Virus record (IMG/VR): IMGVR_UViG_3300034167_000773
Coordinates: 1-62,694 of that record
From: a virus
Lineage: Duplodnaviria; Caudoviricetes
Length of the DNA stretch: 62,694 nt
Direction: 5' to 3' (one strand)
Both the position numbers and the translations under genes were made by a program. Within the stretch, counting starts at the first letter, position 1, and every line of letters starts with the position of its first letter. This document shows positions 58,880 through 62,694 of this stretch, piece by piece. The notes below the pieces were generated by a model. That model was given only the letters and a program-made list of their open reading frames with translations. It was not told where the DNA came from and ran no database searches.

Positions 58880-60094
58880 ATGGCTTTAAAACAATTTTCA
58901 AAAATTCTTATATTTAAGAATACTCCTGAGACAAAAGCAGCTTTTGGAGTTAATGGTAATATGGATAACTGGGATGGTACATCTTTTGCTCCTAGTTCTG
59001 ATAAACAATTTAATGGAACTTATCCAACTGAAAACTTAAGTAATTTTACTAGTAGTTTTTTTGAGAATAATTTGTTGCATGCTATTGGTACAGAAGAACC
59101 AATTGGAGCAGGAGCTACAGGTTTAGCTGGATGGAATCTTGATCCACAATCTTCTGGTAAAGCTTATATTATTGATGGATATATTAAAGCTTTTAATATT
59201 GATAACTATGATGGTGCTGTTGCTACTTTTGGAGATCTTGCTGGTATTCTAACTCCTACTAATGGTCTTGAATATGTTGTAGTTAATGAAAATACACCAT
59301 ATGTATATAATAGTACTACAACTTCATGGGAACAGGGAACTATAATTCCATTTACATTTGATTATCCTAGTAATGATCTTGTAAATAATGATATGTTATT
59401 TTATGGAGATGATTTTAATGATTTAAATATAGCAGGTAAAATTACAGCAGTATATAATTCAGGAAGTGCTGAATATACTCAAGGTAAAAGATATAAATTA
59501 AGTAAGGTAAATACTCCTGATACTCCATATCAAGATATTTATTATTACAGAAATTCTTGGAATGGTAAAGGAATTTCAATTGATGTTACTGAAGGGTTTT
59601 ATATTCTTATTAGTGTTGAAAAATCTAATAATCAAAGAATACTTTATCCTTACTTAAATGTTCAAGGTAGTTCTAATTCTGCAAATTCATCAACTCAAAT
59701 TGTTGTACCATCAAGTGGAGGAACTGCATATACAGATTTGATAAAACTAAAAAGAGTTTCTAGCAAATATAAATATGATGAGGATAGAATTTCTGATGAA
59801 GAACAAGAAATTATTTCTTGCACTATCAAAAGAACTAACTCTGTTAAAAGTGCTATAGCTATAGAAGTTGATCAAGAAGAAGGAGAAATTTTATTGCCGG
59901 CAGTTTTTCCAACAGTTAATGATTTTCCATATTGGGTAGCATATTTTGTAAATCCTTATGGTGAATTTTCAGATGTTTTATTAAAAAATAGTGTTTATGC
60001 TATTGAAATTAATGAACTTCTTCCTTATTATACTATTTTTTCTGGTGCAAAAGTTCCAGCAAATTATTCCAACTTTTTTAATAGACTTGTTTAA
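58880..60094 (+). CDS. Structural protein, paralog of 57912..58850
   Basis: Shared N-terminal ET.AAF, LNI.GKI and C-terminal motifs. Confidence 0.65.
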   Translation: MALKQFSKILIFKNTPETKAAFGVNGNMDNWDGTSFAPSSDKQFNGTYPTENLSNFTSSFFENNLLHAIGTEEPIGAGATGLAGWNLDPQSSGKAYIIDGYIKAFNIDNYDGAVATFGDLAGILTPTNGLEYVVVNENTPYVYNSTTTSWEQGTIIPFTFDYPSNDLVNNDMLFYGDDFNDLNIAGKITAVYNSGSAEYTQGKRYKLSKVNTPDTPYQDIYYYRNSWNGKGISIDVTEGFYILISVEKSNNQRILYPYLNVQGSSNSANSSTQIVVPSSGGTAYTDLIKLKRVSSKYKYDEDRISDEEQEIISCTIKRTNSVKSAIAIEVDQEEGEILLPAVFPTVNDFPYWVAYFVNPYGEFSDVLLKNSVYAIEINELLPYYTIFSGAKVPANYSNFFNRLV

Positions 60095-60096
60095 CT

Positions 60097-60993
60097 ATGG
60101 CTTTAGGTGATAACAATGGTACTGGATTTCCTATTTATATTATTAGTGAACCTACTAATAATAGTGTAGCATACTTTTTTACACCACAAGCAAAAATTAA
60201 GTATTTTATTACTGAACCATTAAGTTTTTATACTAAATATTTATTTACACCTACATCTAAAGCTAGTTATTTATTTACTCCAACTGCTCCTCAAATAGGA
60301 GAAGATGAACCAAATGTTTGTTATTATCCAACTGAGTTAGAATTAATTAGAGATAAAGCTGTTAAATTATATTACAAAGAAATTTCTAAAGTTTTAAAAG
60401 ACTCTATATACTCAGAAAGTTATGGTAAGATATGCATGTCTGGTTATAATAAAACAGGCATGATGAGAATTCTTATTGATTATTTGTCTGCTATTTGGAT
60501 TCAAAAAGATTATGATTCTCGTTCAGGATTAGTTAGAACTGCAGATTATTATTGGGTTACTTATAAGATATATGATGTTATCTCTAACTTTAGAGAATGT
60601 AATATGAATATAAAACCAATAGTAGCTCTCTTTAACTTGAATTCGTATACTGTTAAAGATGATGAGTGGCCTAATTACTTTATGATGAATAATGTAATTA
60701 ATCCTCCTGATGAAGTAACTCAGAAAGAAATGAAGCAGTGGACAGATATTTTTACTTTGCAACCAGTAACTCCTGATAGAAATCAGGCTATTAAACCACT
60801 TAATTCTTCTCAAACTTCATTTACACCCACTAAAAATATTAAATACTTCTCTGCATTTACTATCAATGGTGTAGATTATACAGGATATACTGATTACAAT
60901 GCTAACTCAGTAACATACTCACCTTCTCAGCTATTTGGTTATAATATTGAGAGTAATGACACTGTAGTAATCACATATTGGTATGAAGAGTAG
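60097..60993 (+). CDS. Putative tail-associated structural protein
   Basis: 298 aa; C-terminal INGVDY...DTVVITY beta module. Confidence 0.55.
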   Translation: MALGDNNGTGFPIYIISEPTNNSVAYFFTPQAKIKYFITEPLSFYTKYLFTPTSKASYLFTPTAPQIGEDEPNVCYYPTELELIRDKAVKLYYKEISKVLKDSIYSESYGKICMSGYNKTGMMRILIDYLSAIWIQKDYDSRSGLVRTADYYWVTYKIYDVISNFRECNMNIKPIVALFNLNSYTVKDDEWPNYFMMNNVINPPDEVTQKEMKQWTDIFTLQPVTPDRNQAIKPLNSSQTSFTPTKNIKYFSAFTINGVDYTGYTDYNANSVTYSPSQLFGYNIESNDTVVITYWYEE

Positions 60994-62056
60994 GCAGTTA
61001 TATTTTGAGAATCTTCTTGCACAAAATGCTTTAGGTGGTATACCTGCAGGATATAATTTTGCAGATAAAACTCTTTATCAAATATTTAGTGATCTTTTTT
61101 CAGGAGGAACTACATACACTCAAATAAATCTAGAACCAAATACCGGTTTAGAATTTAATTTAGCATCTAATTTACAAACCAAGTATAATACCTTAATTGC
61201 AGATAGTACTCCCTCACAAACAATAAATAAGCTTACTTCTAAAACTGCTGCAGTTTGGAAGAATAAAACTATAGTAGAAGTTCTTGATGAGATTTTATTC
61301 CCAGCTAATCTTCCTACTTATATTATTCCTACTATTACAATAACAGATACTCTTACTGAAATTCAAGAAGTAGGCAATGAAGTTACTAATAACTTTACAA
61401 TAGTAGGTACTAAGAATGATGCCGGTAATTTTACATATCTTGGTCTTTATCAAGGAGCTACAGAAATAACTTCATCTTCTCCTGCTCCAGGACTTACTGC
61501 CACCTTAACTTATGCCCAAACTTTTAATGTACCTATAGGAGTAACTTCTTGGACAGGTAAAGGTAATTATGATCAAGGAGCTAGGAAGTTTGATTCTCAA
61601 GGAGTAGAAGATACTAGACCTTATGCTTTAAGAAGTATTAATGCTCCACAATTAGAAGATAATGATTTTACTTCAAACTCTACACAAATAGATGGTATAT
61701 ATCCATTTTTTTATGGAACATCTACTACAAAACTAACAGATATTGAGATTAGAGATATTATTGAAGCAGGAGATGCTAATAAAGTTCTTACTAAAGCTGA
61801 TGGAACTATTACTATTACCTTTAATGCTAGTGATAAGTATGTATGGTTTGCTCATGCAGATGCATATACTGAGAAGACTAAGTGGTATGGAGATACTATA
61901 AACAATGGTAACATAGGAGGATCTGGAGACTTTATTAATGCTCCAAATCTTATTGAAGTTTCTTCTCCAGATAATTATTGGACAGTAGAATATATGACAT
62001 ATATCTCTGATTACTCAACAAATACAGTAGGGGCTTTACAATTTAGAAATAGTTGA
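60983..62056 (+). CDS. Putative tail/fibre-associated protein
   Basis: LGGIPAG, EVLDEILFP...P, EVG, YPFFYG and YVWFA motifs common in Bacteroidota phage tail proteins. Confidence 0.65.
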   Translation: MKSRQLYFENLLAQNALGGIPAGYNFADKTLYQIFSDLFSGGTTYTQINLEPNTGLEFNLASNLQTKYNTLIADSTPSQTINKLTSKTAAVWKNKTIVEVLDEILFPANLPTYIIPTITITDTLTEIQEVGNEVTNNFTIVGTKNDAGNFTYLGLYQGATEITSSSPAPGLTATLTYAQTFNVPIGVTSWTGKGNYDQGARKFDSQGVEDTRPYALRSINAPQLEDNDFTSNSTQIDGIYPFFYGTSTTKLTDIEIRDIIEAGDANKVLTKADGTITITFNASDKYVWFAHADAYTEKTKWYGDTINNGNIGGSGDFINAPNLIEVSSPDNYWTVEYMTYISDYSTNTVGALQFRNS

Positions 62057-62057
62057 T

Positions 62058-62694
62058 ATGGCAATAAACTTAAATGATAATATATTTTCTTCTTCCCCTA
62101 AACTTTTAGATGCTAAATGGGGACCTTTTCCTGATTTGGCTACAGCTTATGCTTCTGTAGGAAAAAGTTTTAGGAAGATAGGAATGTTTGCTATTATTGC
62201 TCCTACAGGAGGTGGTGCTGCTCAATTATATTGGTATAAGAATGATACTGATAACTTAGTTCCATTCTCAGGAAATTCTAGTGTAGAAGTATATGCTACT
62301 TTCTCAGCTTTTCCACCTACTGGTTCAGCAAATGTTATTTACATTGATAAAAGTGAAAGTAAATCTTATTATTGGAATGGTGCTCTTATACCTCCTGTTT
62401 ATGTAGTTACAGCTTCTAGTGTAGAAGTTTATGCTAACACAACTTTATTTCCTCAAAATGGAGCAGAAGGAGTAATTTATATAGCTGATGATACTAATAC
62501 TTCATATATATGGAATCCAGCATTACTTAATAATAATGGAGATTATGAAGTTATAAGTGGAAGTATTGCAGATACTGGTAATATTAGATTTGATGAAAGT
62601 ATAATTTTTAGTACTGAAAATTTTGTAGATATTCATACTGATGATGAGTATGTACAATTTAGTTATACTAATACTGCATTTGATAATAATCCTT
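62058..62694 (+). CDS. Tail fibre-like protein, truncated by the window edge
   Basis: Not in the ORF track; open from ATG 62058 (MAINLNDNIFSSSPKLLDAKWGPF) to the end, with two SSVEVYA....FP..G...VIYI repeats. Confidence 0.8.
   Translation, partial: MAINLNDNIFSSSPKLLDAKWGPFPDLATAYASVGKSFRKIGMFAIIAPTGGGAAQLYWYKNDTDNLVPFSGNSSVEVYATFSAFPPTGSANVIYIDKSESKSYYWNGALIPPVYVVTASSVEVYANTTLFPQNGAEGVIYIADDTNTSYIWNPALLNNNGDYEVISGSIADTGNIRFDESIIFSTENFVDIHTDDEYVQFSYTNTAFDNNP

Noticed and set aside
114-60813. Short antisense or alternate-frame ORFs in the track (e.g. 114..386, 2687..2962, 5062..5292, 11778..12218, 29851..30159, 46357..46650)
   Set aside because: They overlap well-supported genes or RNAs, lack motifs, and look like shadow frames
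7516-62694. Stop-codon reassignment (TAG or TGA), known in some crAss-like clades
   Set aside because: Large genes are intact under the standard code, TAG and TGA both end genes at sensible boundaries, and no suppressor tRNA is seen
55475-62694. Diversity-generating retroelement or invertible tail-fibre locus
   Set aside because: No reverse transcriptase, recombinase or near-identical template/variable repeat pair seen in this window

Overview
This window is about 63 kb of an AT-rich, strongly CpG-depleted Crassvirales-like (crAss-like) podophage genome. TAnnTTTG promoters point to a Bacteroidota host, and the standard genetic code reads through all large ORFs. Positions 1-7473 are a minus-strand accessory/regulatory region. 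It holds an ECF-type sigma factor, a receiver-less OmpR/PhoB winged-helix protein next to three direct repeats, a 3D-domain protein, two related lipoproteins, tRNA-Arg(UCU), a tRNA-like element and several structured RNAs. Positions 7516 to the end are a plus-strand virion module: terminase, portal, scaffold, major capsid, ring/muzzle proteins, a cluster of modular cargo proteins, a 3973-aa virion RNA polymerase, ferritin, a 1732-aa cargo protein, u-spanin/holin and tail genes. Three signals stand out. (1) A well-formed P1-type twister ribozyme and a permuted, P4-less twister-like RNA flank one lipoprotein gene and could excise a 359-nt RNA that might be circularised. (2) Twelve exact CGTATAA motifs sit near gene starts and plausibly form the regulon of the phage ECF sigma. 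(3) The cargo proteins are built as strings of unrelated modules separated by a recurring basic [YFK]xxG[TASG] motif. All calls come from reading the sequence and recalling family motifs; no searches or folding programs were run.
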